64,000 bases of DNA. Source: Gammaproteobacteria bacterium GWE2_42_36. Its GTDB lineage: Bacteria; Pseudomonadota; Gammaproteobacteria; UBA12402. Within the stretch, counting starts at the first letter, position 1, and the number at the start of each line of letters is the position of its first letter. The translations under genes were made by a program, and so were the position numbers. Where the stretch lies: positions 4,371-68,370 of the forward strand of contig MGXH01000061.1 of NCBI GenBank assembly GCA_001801305.1, written 5' to 3'. Shown here in pieces: positions 41,562-51,327 of this stretch. A model generated the notes under the pieces. That model saw nothing but the letters and a program-made list of their open reading frames with translations, did not search any database and was not told the DNA's origin.

Positions 41562-43284
41562 TTACCTCAATATAATCTAAATAAAATGGCACAAAATCAT
41601 TAATGTTCCTGCAATAGGATATTTCAGAATCCGAATACGATTCTACATTAAAACCCAGCCTATCATATAATTTTTTCACCTGTTCATTTTTTTGAGTTTT
41701 AATATATTTTGATTTAACGCGATCAAATCCCTTTTTCGATAAAAAAGCCATTATGATGTTAAAAAAAGCAAATTCAATATTTCTACCAATAACACGGCAA
41801 CTCATAAGTAGTGTATCAATATTTGCGCACTTGTTATTAAGTTTAACAATACACACTCCGACGATACCATATTCGCCAAACCTATCTTTTGCTGATAATG
41901 AAATAACATCAATTTTTTCATCATCCATATAGTTGGCTATATCTATCTCTGAATACCTTTTGGTCGTAAGGTTAAATTGATTCGTTTTTTGCGCTAATTG
42001 GGAAATTCTGGAAATTTCCTCTTTTTTATTAAAAAATATTTTAATTTGTAATCCTAATGATCGTAAATAATCCTCGAGGTTATTAAATTTATTCCTATGA
42101 ACACTTCTCGCTTCTTCATCTTTATATAGTTTTGTACGACAGAGATCTTCTTCAGATTGAGATGTTCCAATATAGAATAAACTCATATTATCCCGAAATA
42201 CCCCAGGATATTCTCCTTGTACCTTTGGTACCTGCAACACTGTTACTTCAGGTAATTGTTGCCTCACTAAGTTTATCTCAAAATCAGAGTCATCAATAAA
42301 AACCAGGCTATCCATTCCTATATTAAGTTCCTTTGCAATTTCAATCAGATTCGTCACCTTATCCTGCCAATTAACTTTCTTAACACTGATATGTTCGTTT
42401 TTTATTTTCATTCCAGGATGATTAGAAAAAACCTCTTCGACATCCTGAAAATTATTTTTACTACACAAGCCTATGAGCACCCCTTGTCTGTTTAAAGCAA
42501 GCGCATAATGTTGTATTTCCTCGTAAATAACACCCTTTTTTGTATCAGCAATCATCTCAATACCATTGATACCATCCTCGCCAAGAACCCCATGCCATAA
42601 AGTATTATCACAATCAAAGATAATAGCTTTTTTACTTCTCCCAAGCATAGAAAGCAATAATGGTTTGATGTATTCAACGTAAATTTTAAAAAAATTTATC
42701 GTATATAACGCCTTTGAAGAATAAAAGTATCGGAAATCAATGGCGTTATCTATAGGACATTTTATAAAAACATTATCCAAATCAACCAGTTGAAAATTAC
42801 GCGGGGCTTTTTTCTCCAAGTACGCATTCAACTCTTGACAAATCATATCAAAATTACCACGTCTAAGATGATTATGCGTAAAAACTCTTGAATAAAATCT
42901 ATTGAAAACGACTAATGACTTGTTGGTTAATGTCAAAAATATGAAATCCAATTCAGCTTTGACTTTATCTAAAAGGCTATTTATATCACTAGCGCTCATA
43001 AGCTCAATTTTATATTGAAGCCCCTCAATAAAATTAGCAGCTTCCCAAAAAACAACAATATGATTGATATGTTTATATTTTTCACTATCTTGAAGAATAT
43101 TATCATAATCGCCCAAAACAACCTGCACATTGACATTATTAGACCGTAACGCATATTCAAGAATATCACTAATATAATGTACGGTGATATTAGAAAAAAC
43201 AGCCACGCTCACTTGTGCAGCCGATAAAGCATCCCTAAATGATTTATTCTTTTGAAGAATTTCCATATATTTAAGATTTTTCAC
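41542..43284 (-). CDS. FkbH-like protein (HAD-superfamily IIIC phosphatase domain plus C-terminal GNAT-like domain); predicted glyceryl-ACP loader
   Basis: 580 aa; FkbH/HAD signature FDCDNTLWHG; C-terminal acyltransferase-like region; overlaps the ACP gene start. Confidence 0.65.
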   Translation of the reverse strand: MKNLKYMEILQKNKSFRDALSAAQVSVAVFSNITVHYISDILEYALRSNNVNVQVVLGDYDNILQDSEKYKHINHIVVFWEAANFIEGLQYKIELMSASDINSLLDKVKAELDFIFLTLTNKSLVVFNRFYSRVFTHNHLRRGNFDMICQELNAYLEKKAPRNFQLVDLDNVFIKCPIDNAIDFRYFYSSKALYTINFFKIYVEYIKPLLLSMLGRSKKAIIFDCDNTLWHGVLGEDGINGIEMIADTKKGVIYEEIQHYALALNRQGVLIGLCSKNNFQDVEEVFSNHPGMKIKNEHISVKKVNWQDKVTNLIEIAKELNIGMDSLVFIDDSDFEINLVRQQLPEVTVLQVPKVQGEYPGVFRDNMSLFYIGTSQSEEDLCRTKLYKDEEARSVHRNKFNNLEDYLRSLGLQIKIFFNKKEEISRISQLAQKTNQFNLTTKRYSEIDIANYMDDEKIDVISLSAKDRFGEYGIVGVCIVKLNNKCANIDTLLMSCRVIGRNIEFAFFNIIMAFLSKKGFDRVKSKYIKTQKNEQVKKLYDRLGFNVESYSDSEISYCRNINDFVPFYLDYIEVNDGKKT

Positions 43285-43323
43285 TAGTTAGCTCCTTAAC
43301 AATTTTGCTATCTTGCTCACACC

Positions 43324-44769
43324 CTACACTAACTTCAAAGCATTTAACTCTCTTACTGTTTTTAACATAAATTCAAACGCATTCTCTGAAAAATGCCGTG
43401 TTAAAGACTGCGTTTGATCTGTCGCCATACGTGGCAACCTCTTTACTAAAACATAAATCCGTCGATCTATTTTTTGAATTTGTTCGCATAAGATCTCAGC
43501 GGCATATTTTGCTGATATATAATCACCAAAATCAAGCGCTTTCTCATCCAAATAAACCGTTGATGGATAAAAAATTTTAATATCATTATTATAGCGAGTC
43601 CGATACGATTTATATATCTTATAAAAACCATCAACATAATAGCTATTATATAGTTTAAAATTATCCATATTGAAAATACTACTTTTGGCTATCTTTGGTG
43701 TTGCAAAGAAAAATATATAATCTACACCAGATGTGATTTTAGCTAATCTATCCAACATATCATCTGGCCTATTGACATCATAGCTAATGTATTCGCAATC
43801 AAATCCAGCGTCTTTTATTTCATTCCTCACACGCTTAGCATCTTCAACACCCTTATGATAGGTGATTACTACTTTCCCACCACCACCAGCAAAAATTTTC
43901 GCTGTAATTTCCCCAAGACCACGACTTCCACCTAAAACCAAAGATGTTTTCCCACTAAATTCATCTGATTTCACATGCCGTATAACGTCCTTGAAAAATA
44001 GCTGTTGATATGGCATTGGGCGATAAAAAGCTTCTATCTCAGCGAACAAGCTTGAATTTTCCACATTAATTTTAACAAGCTTGAATTTATCGTGTATTTT
44101 AACCACTTTATAAGTTAGGTGTTTATCCTGACTTTTATCTTCATAGTTTTTAAATTTAAGCGCTGAAAAAATAGAACACATACCAGGACAATGCATACCA
44201 ACCAAACGCGTCATAGCAAGAATTTCAGCAAAACAAAATAAATTCAGTATTTGTGTTAGCACTGGGAATTTTTTTTTCGCGACATTTGCTTCGAAAAACA
44301 ACTCCAGAGTCCCTTCTTTATTTCGCAATTGATCAAAAGTCAAATCCATTGGATTTTTATTCTCGCAAATATTTGAACAAATTTTCACCTTCCTCACAGC
44401 TAACCTAGAACAAAATGAAAAATATAATTCCACCAATACTTGCTCAGCCTGTAACAATTGCAAATGAACATTATTTCCTTCCGAACTAATTAATCTTATA
44501 TTCACTACTTTATTGAGGTAAATTGGAGACAGGAATTGAACATCTAAACTTACAATATCAATTAGGTTGTCCCTATTGCTTTTTTGTGCGCCGAAAAAAA
44601 CCTCTAACATCCATACAACTGCATGAATGCCATGAACAACCACATTACCGTATAGCTCTCTTCGTGAACTTATTGGATTAAGATGCATTAAGTTATAGTC
44701 GCCCGATAATCGCGCAAAATATTTCTGATCGGATAAATAAAATTTTCTGGACACTAAAACGTTGTTCAT
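43324..44769 (-). CDS. Fusion protein: N-terminal MaoC-like (R)-hydratase/dehydratase (hot-dog) plus C-terminal short-chain dehydrogenase/reductase
   Basis: 481 aa; MaoC signature GDYNLMHLNP; SDR motifs GGSRGLG and Y-ISA-K. Confidence 0.65.
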   Translation of the reverse strand: MNNVLVSRKFYLSDQKYFARLSGDYNLMHLNPISSRRELYGNVVVHGIHAVVWMLEVFFGAQKSNRDNLIDIVSLDVQFLSPIYLNKVVNIRLISSEGNNVHLQLLQAEQVLVELYFSFCSRLAVRKVKICSNICENKNPMDLTFDQLRNKEGTLELFFEANVAKKKFPVLTQILNLFCFAEILAMTRLVGMHCPGMCSIFSALKFKNYEDKSQDKHLTYKVVKIHDKFKLVKINVENSSLFAEIEAFYRPMPYQQLFFKDVIRHVKSDEFSGKTSLVLGGSRGLGEITAKIFAGGGGKVVITYHKGVEDAKRVRNEIKDAGFDCEYISYDVNRPDDMLDRLAKITSGVDYIFFFATPKIAKSSIFNMDNFKLYNSYYVDGFYKIYKSYRTRYNNDIKIFYPSTVYLDEKALDFGDYISAKYAAEILCEQIQKIDRRIYVLVKRLPRMATDQTQSLTRHFSENAFEFMLKTVRELNALKLV

Positions 44770-44772
44770 ATT

Positions 44773-45693
44773 TCAGCATTTCTCATTCTGAAATTCTGGG
44801 GGATTTTTACTTAATACATAAGCACAATTCATTGGCAACTGTTGTTCTTCCGTTTCTTTAATACTCAATCCTCGATAAGGAATTATCAGCCGCTCATTTA
44901 CATTCAACCCTGAACTTTCAATAAGCTCCTCTAAATCCTTTATTGATTTAAAAAGATAAATATGATCGATCATAGCGGAATTAATACAAGTAGTAATAAA
45001 TATATGGGCGCCATAATGAGATAGCTGGAATAGTTTTTTTAAATATGATAAAGGTTCTTCAACATGTTCCAAAACCTCGCCCATAATAATAAAATCATAT
45101 TCTCGATTTAATTTTAAAAAATCTTGTTGATAAATGTTATAATTTGAAGTCTGCTTAATATAATTATATTTTATAATAATATTTGTGATATTCACACTTG
45201 CGGGGCTGATATCAATTCCTTCAAAAAAATCAAAAGGGCCTAATTGCATTGCTTTTAACATAAAAAGCCCATGGCCCGGACCAATCTCTAAATACCTCTC
45301 CCCTTTTTCATTGATAATGGTTTTTGCGAAAAACCTCATTATCTCTCTATGTTGAGGCCAAAAAAACATCGAAATAGCTAAACCATACATATATTTTGAC
45401 ATGTATTTATCGTTCATATACACAGAAGATGCCACATCCGCATAGTTACAGTATCTATACCGCTTGTTTTTTTCAAAAAAAATCTGCTCTTTAATCGCGT
45501 CATTTACAAGCAAGTTATACGCATCCGCCAAATATTGAATACTCAATCCCATATTTAAGCAGCATTGAATATATACCTCTAAGTTATTCACTTCATCTTG
45601 AAAAAGCTCTTCCCTTTCAGCGTATAGAAATTTCTTATGCGCTTTATTTTTTGACGTAATTTCATCAATTAGGATATTGATACATGAATTCAT
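44773..45693 (-). CDS. Class I SAM-dependent methyltransferase
   Basis: 306 aa; motif I YLEIGPGHGLF. Confidence 0.65.
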   Translation of the reverse strand: MNSCINILIDEITSKNKAHKKFLYAEREELFQDEVNNLEVYIQCCLNMGLSIQYLADAYNLLVNDAIKEQIFFEKNKRYRYCNYADVASSVYMNDKYMSKYMYGLAISMFFWPQHREIMRFFAKTIINEKGERYLEIGPGHGLFMLKAMQLGPFDFFEGIDISPASVNITNIIIKYNYIKQTSNYNIYQQDFLKLNREYDFIIMGEVLEHVEEPLSYLKKLFQLSHYGAHIFITTCINSAMIDHIYLFKSIKDLEELIESSGLNVNERLIIPYRGLSIKETEEQQLPMNCAYVLSKNPPEFQNEKC

Positions 45694-45705
45694 AGGTACA
45701 CCCTC

Positions 45706-46869
45706 TTAATAAAGAAAATTTTTATAATTTGGAAAATTAACTACATGCTCACTATAATATCTCGAGATGGGGTAGTCCTGAAATTTATATTTTTCATATG
45801 CTTGCGTATAGGGGATGACATAGTCAACAATAACGCCCAAATTAATATTTTTTTGTCGAAATTTCTCAATCCACTTTCCGCGATCTGTCACTAAACCAAC
45901 GCAATGACTATACGTTGCTCCATTATCCATCAGTAAAAATGATATTCCATTGTCCTGTTTAAAACGCCTTTGCCATTGGTTAGAGTTTTCACCTTTAAGC
46001 TGTATGATTTTATCGTATTTATTTAGCTGCACCAATCCTATTCTTGCTTCTATTTCTGTGGGCAAGGTATTCCAGTCCTTGGGAAAATCAATACTCGCAT
46101 CGTCATAATATTTCACAAATCGATCCAACAGACCCTTGCCTTCCAGCCAATTCACGAATCCGTAAATATATGCGTTAAATGCCGGATAGATAGCAATCAA
46201 ATAAAAAAATCGCTTTATACTTTTTAGCCAGGTGGATTTTCTAAAAGTCGTTTTTCGATATTCCATAAGAGCATGGTAAGTTTCTTGGCTATTAGTCGTC
46301 ACCATCCCGCCAAAAATTGAATTAATGATTTTACTGATATTTAATCCATAAATGGCTGCATCACCAAACTTCGTCACCAACTCGCCATTCCACCGACAAC
46401 CAAATGAATGAGCACAATCTTGTACCATATAAATTTTATGATTATATTTCTCTTCCGCCTCTTTTATTATTTTTTGAACTGCAACTACGTCCATCGGATA
46501 TCCAAACAAATGCGTCACAATAATTGCTCTAGTTTTCACAGTAATAGCGTTTCTAATACCTTCTAATGACATATTAAAGCTATCTTTTTCACAATCAATA
46601 AACACAGGCGTATTGCCGGATAGAACAATAGCATGGGCCACAACCACGCAAGTGTAGGCAGGACATATAATTTCATCGTTCTTTAAATTCCATATCTTAA
46701 ACAATGAATACAATCCTGCGCGACCATATGAAAACATCACGCCATAATCACATTCGAATTTTTTAGCAAATGCCTTCTCAAACCTTAGGATATTACCTGT
46801 TGAAAAAGCCATTGCTGCCAAAATTTCTTTGAAATTATAAACCGGCTTTAATCGTGATATCAATTTCAT
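45706..46869 (-). CDS. DegT/DnrJ/EryC1-family PLP-dependent aminotransferase
   Basis: 387 aa; DCAHSFG and …NISKIINSIFGGMVTT lysine block. Confidence 0.7.
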   Translation of the reverse strand: MKLISRLKPVYNFKEILAAMAFSTGNILRFEKAFAKKFECDYGVMFSYGRAGLYSLFKIWNLKNDEIICPAYTCVVVAHAIVLSGNTPVFIDCEKDSFNMSLEGIRNAITVKTRAIIVTHLFGYPMDVVAVQKIIKEAEEKYNHKIYMVQDCAHSFGCRWNGELVTKFGDAAIYGLNISKIINSIFGGMVTTNSQETYHALMEYRKTTFRKSTWLKSIKRFFYLIAIYPAFNAYIYGFVNWLEGKGLLDRFVKYYDDASIDFPKDWNTLPTEIEARIGLVQLNKYDKIIQLKGENSNQWQRRFKQDNGISFLLMDNGATYSHCVGLVTDRGKWIEKFRQKNINLGVIVDYVIPYTQAYEKYKFQDYPISRYYSEHVVNFPNYKNFLY

Positions 46870-48419
46870 TTGATTTCCTCAGAATAAAATTCTACCAACC
46901 TTGATTTTATAGGTGCATCTTTTGCCTGAGCTAACCAATAGCCACTGGAAGCCATATGAATCGATTTTACCTGGCCATAATGATCGATACCAACACAACC
47001 GGGTGGCTTATCCCACAGTTCGCTGACTACAATCTTATTATCAGTCAGATAAAATGATCGTTTAACATAACCATTTATTTCCTTCTTCCCTGTCATTAAG
47101 TATTTTACAATGCAATATTTAAACCATTCGCCTAACTTTATTGATCTAAAAATAGTAAGCGATAGAAATCGTAATATAATAAATTTGAAAGGTGAAAGAT
47201 AATCTTCATTAGTCAAATAAAAACGGGATCTAATATCTTTCTGATCAAAATTGACTGTATTGTCATATTGCTGCGTTGAAAAGCGCTTACCATTTTTTAA
47301 GGAGCCAAAAATCCCACCATCTTCAATATCAAGCATTCCTGTTATCTTATCAAACACTTTAATCACACCACCTTTTTTATAATTAATAATAAGGTAGTAT
47401 TGATCAGTTGATTTGATAAACAATCCTGCATCAGGAAACGATTTCTCAAAGCATTCTTGGTATATTGGTTTAGTCTCCAATAATAAATCTGATTGATATA
47501 AAGCAGCAACAGCATAGCTATTAATAAGTGGAATAAAATTTCCTATATCAACCGATGATGGCATAATGTGTTGAGGTGTTTTTTTTGGTTCTAAAAACTT
47601 AGCTAACAACGCAGAGTCATTGTTTTCTTTTGCAAAACCTACAATGCCGCCTGGATAATATACTTCTGTATTTCTAGAGCCATATAATCCTCCAATCGTA
47701 CCATCCGGATGAATAAAATATTTTAAAAAACCAGCGCTCTTATTCAAACTTTCTAAAAGTTTTTTATCCTTCGTAATCTCATAAATACAAAATAAATAAT
47801 AGACGCAAAGCGTTTGGTATCCTGGATCAGCACCTTCATATTCTCGATACCATCCTTCATCCGACTGATGCTGATATATAACCTCTAATAATTGTTGATC
47901 CCGTGGATTATTATCTTGCATCAAATTATTCCATAACGTGATTGCTGCCGCGCCTGTTGCCAAATGATTTGATATCAAGGCATGTGTTTCATTATAGATT
48001 GAAATAAAATGTATAAGCGGCTTCACAATCGACAGATATGTTTTCCTTGTATATCTATCAAGCTTCTCTCCTAAATGTTTAACAGCTGAAAGCACATCAA
48101 AAGCCACTAAAGCGGTCACACAAAACGAATGTTCATTCGGATAGGCTTCAATCATTGATCCATTTTTATGTCTTATTTTCTCTATTGCGCGAATCGCTGA
48201 ATCGATCACATTTAAAATAAATTTTTCGTTATCAATAATTTTCAACTTAACAGAAATCGCCAGCGCGTGAACACCACCTTGCATAGTTCCATTCACAAAA
48301 TCTTTCGTTTTCCAAGCCCAATATTCACGATCGCCATAACCATATGCTCGGGAAAAAGTGTCCAAATTATATAAATTTAATAATTTCGAAAGATTGCTTT
48401 TTACTGTTTGTACGTACAT
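46866..48419 (-). CDS. hypothetical 517-aa protein; possibly an alpha/alpha-toroid glycan-modifying enzyme; function unknown
   Basis: Long ORF with operon-style 4-bp overlaps on both sides; no motif I can name confidently. Confidence 0.3.
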   Translation of the reverse strand: MYVQTVKSNLSKLLNLYNLDTFSRAYGYGDREYWAWKTKDFVNGTMQGGVHALAISVKLKIIDNEKFILNVIDSAIRAIEKIRHKNGSMIEAYPNEHSFCVTALVAFDVLSAVKHLGEKLDRYTRKTYLSIVKPLIHFISIYNETHALISNHLATGAAAITLWNNLMQDNNPRDQQLLEVIYQHQSDEGWYREYEGADPGYQTLCVYYLFCIYEITKDKKLLESLNKSAGFLKYFIHPDGTIGGLYGSRNTEVYYPGGIVGFAKENNDSALLAKFLEPKKTPQHIMPSSVDIGNFIPLINSYAVAALYQSDLLLETKPIYQECFEKSFPDAGLFIKSTDQYYLIINYKKGGVIKVFDKITGMLDIEDGGIFGSLKNGKRFSTQQYDNTVNFDQKDIRSRFYLTNEDYLSPFKFIILRFLSLTIFRSIKLGEWFKYCIVKYLMTGKKEINGYVKRSFYLTDNKIVVSELWDKPPGCVGIDHYGQVKSIHMASSGYWLAQAKDAPIKSRLVEFYSEEIK

Positions 48420-48423
48420 AAAA

Positions 48424-49257
48424 TTATTTTATCTTCCGAAGATTTGCATAGATCATAAAGCCAAAATGCCTATCTAAAAATCGATGAAGCCCTCTTGGAA
48501 TTTTAAAAGGCAAACTTCTCGCCGGGAAAAAGTGCACAAATGTTTCTTCTATTTGAAAATAGGGTTTTAGCATAGATAAAAATTCTTTTTTTGAATATGC
48601 CTTACCAATTGGGTTTTCTTTCCCATCATAGATTCTCACAATCTCGTTAATCTCTTTAACTGAGTATATATTTTCCCTGCCTCGCCCTTTCAATCCACCT
48701 CCTGCCAAACTAATTAATTTTGCAATAGGTCTAAAAACAGGCCATAAACGCAAAAAAATATTCTTATAATAAACACTAATACTCGCTGTTCCATTTTTTT
48801 GTAACACTCTATGAATTTCTTGAATTGTATTATGCGTATTTGGGGTATGGTGAATAACTCCTTGACAATTAACATGGGAAAACATTTCTGAGTCAAAAGT
48901 CATCGATTCTGCATTTTGTTTTGAAAAATCAGCCTTAACACTATAAATTTCACATCTCTTTTTTGATAAACATAAAGCATGATTTGTTAAATCAGCGCCA
49001 ACTAATTCGCCATTAACTCGTGTCGCTAACTCAATTAACCAGAAACCAATGCCACACCCCAAATCCAATACCTTATTACAGCTCAATTCTTTAGGAATGA
49101 TTCTCTCATCAAATCTTCCCGCAAAACAATCATCGATATAGGTGCTTCTATGTTCTTCAAAAAAATCTTTTGACCCAGGTTTGTTTGAGCTTTCCCCTGT
49201 CCATAATGGGTTCATCTCCCAAAAAGCTTCCACATCTTGTATTGTTTTGTTACTCAT
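48424..49257 (-). CDS. Class I SAM-dependent methyltransferase
   Basis: 277 aa; motif I VLDLGCGIGFW. Confidence 0.65.
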   Translation of the reverse strand: MSNKTIQDVEAFWEMNPLWTGESSNKPGSKDFFEEHRSTYIDDCFAGRFDERIIPKELSCNKVLDLGCGIGFWLIELATRVNGELVGADLTNHALCLSKKRCEIYSVKADFSKQNAESMTFDSEMFSHVNCQGVIHHTPNTHNTIQEIHRVLQKNGTASISVYYKNIFLRLWPVFRPIAKLISLAGGGLKGRGRENIYSVKEINEIVRIYDGKENPIGKAYSKKEFLSMLKPYFQIEETFVHFFPARSLPFKIPRGLHRFLDRHFGFMIYANLRKIK

Positions 49258-50015
49258 TTTACATTCCTAAAGATAAACGACCAGCTTAAATTAAAATCCA
49301 TTGGCAAAAAACAAAATGGTTTCTTAATGGACTTGATTGATTCGAAATTTTTATTTAATATCTGCTTGAGCTTGTTCACAAAATTTGGATGTTCCCAGCA
49401 TATTATTTTATCATAGTCGATTGGCATATTTTTTTTTACATAACGTCGACTTGTTAAAAATCGACCAACTCCCCATGCCATTCCCCCCTCAGCAGGCACC
49501 GCACCAACAATCAGTCCGCTAGGCTTTAATACTCGTTTGAGCTCTTGAACATACTGGTCTAATTCATAGATATGCTCTAATTGATGAAAAGTAATCACCA
49601 TGTCAACCGAATCAGTCTCCAATGGCAAATGAGTACCGGTGACTTGTATCATTTTAACTTGATGTATTCCGTATTTTTTCAGCTGCTCCGCTGATTGAGT
49701 TAACATTTCTTTTTTAATGTCCACCAAGAAATAACTTTCGGGTCTGGTATGATTATAGCTAAGATGCTCAATAATTCCTGGGCCCACTTCCAGCACTCTT
49801 TTCCCAGTCAGATCAACGTGACGCATAATCCTGAAACCATAATGATTTACCATAGAACCAATAGTTCCTTTTTGATTATCATGATAAAACTGCATATAAC
49901 AATTCGATGACCACTGTTTGAAATCAGCATCATTCGGATCAGCTTTCAGTCCCCAACGCCTTCGATCCCCGAATAAAGGCTTAAAGAGAAAATAGGGTAA
50001 CCATTTATATATCAT
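49254..50015 (-). CDS. SAM-dependent methyltransferase (type 11-like)
   Basis: 253 aa; RVLEVGPGIIEH motif I; 4-bp overlap with neighbouring genes. Confidence 0.6.
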   Translation of the reverse strand: MIYKWLPYFLFKPLFGDRRRWGLKADPNDADFKQWSSNCYMQFYHDNQKGTIGSMVNHYGFRIMRHVDLTGKRVLEVGPGIIEHLSYNHTRPESYFLVDIKKEMLTQSAEQLKKYGIHQVKMIQVTGTHLPLETDSVDMVITFHQLEHIYELDQYVQELKRVLKPSGLIVGAVPAEGGMAWGVGRFLTSRRYVKKNMPIDYDKIICWEHPNFVNKLKQILNKNFESIKSIKKPFCFLPMDFNLSWSFIFRNVK

Positions 50016-51327
50016 GTAATTTCCTCAATATATGCTCATAAACCTTGTGCCACTGATAATCATCAGAAAAAACTCGCTGATGCCATGAGATTGAAACATA
50101 ACTCGCTTTGAAGACACTCAATTTAGATAATAACTCATACGCTTGTTTTTCCGCCTCATTTTTATCGCACGCATAATCAAAAATATGAGAATCCATCATG
50201 ATTTGTGGAGTTTCAAGATAAACAAAAGGTCGCTGGTTATCATGATCAAATGGCCGATATTGGCTTGCACATCCAGATCGAAACCCCATCTGATCATTCC
50301 ACCCTAGCGTTGAATCATCCTGAAATAACGATTCATGCAAATACGGCGTTATTTTCTCATCATAATTTAACCAATGCTGGCGTGTTTTTTTGATTTTATG
50401 ATTTAATACGCTCTCTAAAATTTGTTTTTCCTTTTTCAACAGGCCTTCTTCTACTGCGCTAAAATAACTGCCATGCAATCCTATTTCAAAACCATCATTC
50501 AAAAGCTCCTTTAATTTATTTTTCAACCGTTCATTTGTACTAACTTCATAAGAAGGATCAATTAACCATGCTTTAAATCTACGCTCTCCTGATTTCGCAT
50601 AGATATAAAAAACAGAACGGATATTATGTTCTTTCTCAAGCACCGCCCAATAGTCAAAACACCAATAAGATGGATTGGTTACAAGAAATCGAACTGTTTT
50701 TTTTATATTCCTCCAACAAACTTTTGGCTGTACGATTGTTTTTAATGATTGATAGCCATGAAAAACAGCATGCTTAATACGTAACTGAAATGTTTTATTG
50801 ATATAATCAACATCGTGAGAACATTGAACAAATGGCTTTCTCTTTTCATGAAATTTTAATTCCGGGAAATACTGCTTAATTAACGCCGCTAATTCATTAA
50901 ACAAAACATTAACAATAGGAATTAGAAATGTGCTTTTATCAAGACGAGGATGTCTTGAACAATAACTTGTGATTTTTATCCCCCTCAAATCAGCCTGATA
51001 TTCTTCTAATCGCGATAAAAATACAAATGCGTTCCAAAACAAATCATAGTTTAAAAAAAAATTTTCCTGGGTCATTGTTTCCGGAAAAACAAACAAGTTA
51101 TCAAACAACCAAACAGTGTGAACGCCAGGATTTGGAGAGTTTGAGCAGTAAATAGAAGCATGAGAGTGACTCAAAATATTGCGCGTGTAATATAAAACAT
51201 TTTCGCTATTAGAATCAGTAACATTTTGAATCCGAATATCAAATGTTGCCAAATTAATACATATAAATTCATCGAGAATATATCGAAGCCAGGCTTGATT
51301 CTGTATGTCAGTTTTAATTGTTAACAT
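50005..51327 (-). CDS. hypothetical 440-aa protein; weak CE4/polysaccharide-deacetylase-like motifs (CSHDVDY, IGLHGSY)
   Basis: Long ORF in the operon; only weak motifs. Confidence 0.3.
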   Translation of the reverse strand: MLTIKTDIQNQAWLRYILDEFICINLATFDIRIQNVTDSNSENVLYYTRNILSHSHASIYCSNSPNPGVHTVWLFDNLFVFPETMTQENFFLNYDLFWNAFVFLSRLEEYQADLRGIKITSYCSRHPRLDKSTFLIPIVNVLFNELAALIKQYFPELKFHEKRKPFVQCSHDVDYINKTFQLRIKHAVFHGYQSLKTIVQPKVCWRNIKKTVRFLVTNPSYWCFDYWAVLEKEHNIRSVFYIYAKSGERRFKAWLIDPSYEVSTNERLKNKLKELLNDGFEIGLHGSYFSAVEEGLLKKEKQILESVLNHKIKKTRQHWLNYDEKITPYLHESLFQDDSTLGWNDQMGFRSGCASQYRPFDHDNQRPFVYLETPQIMMDSHIFDYACDKNEAEKQAYELLSKLSVFKASYVSISWHQRVFSDDYQWHKVYEHILRKLHDI

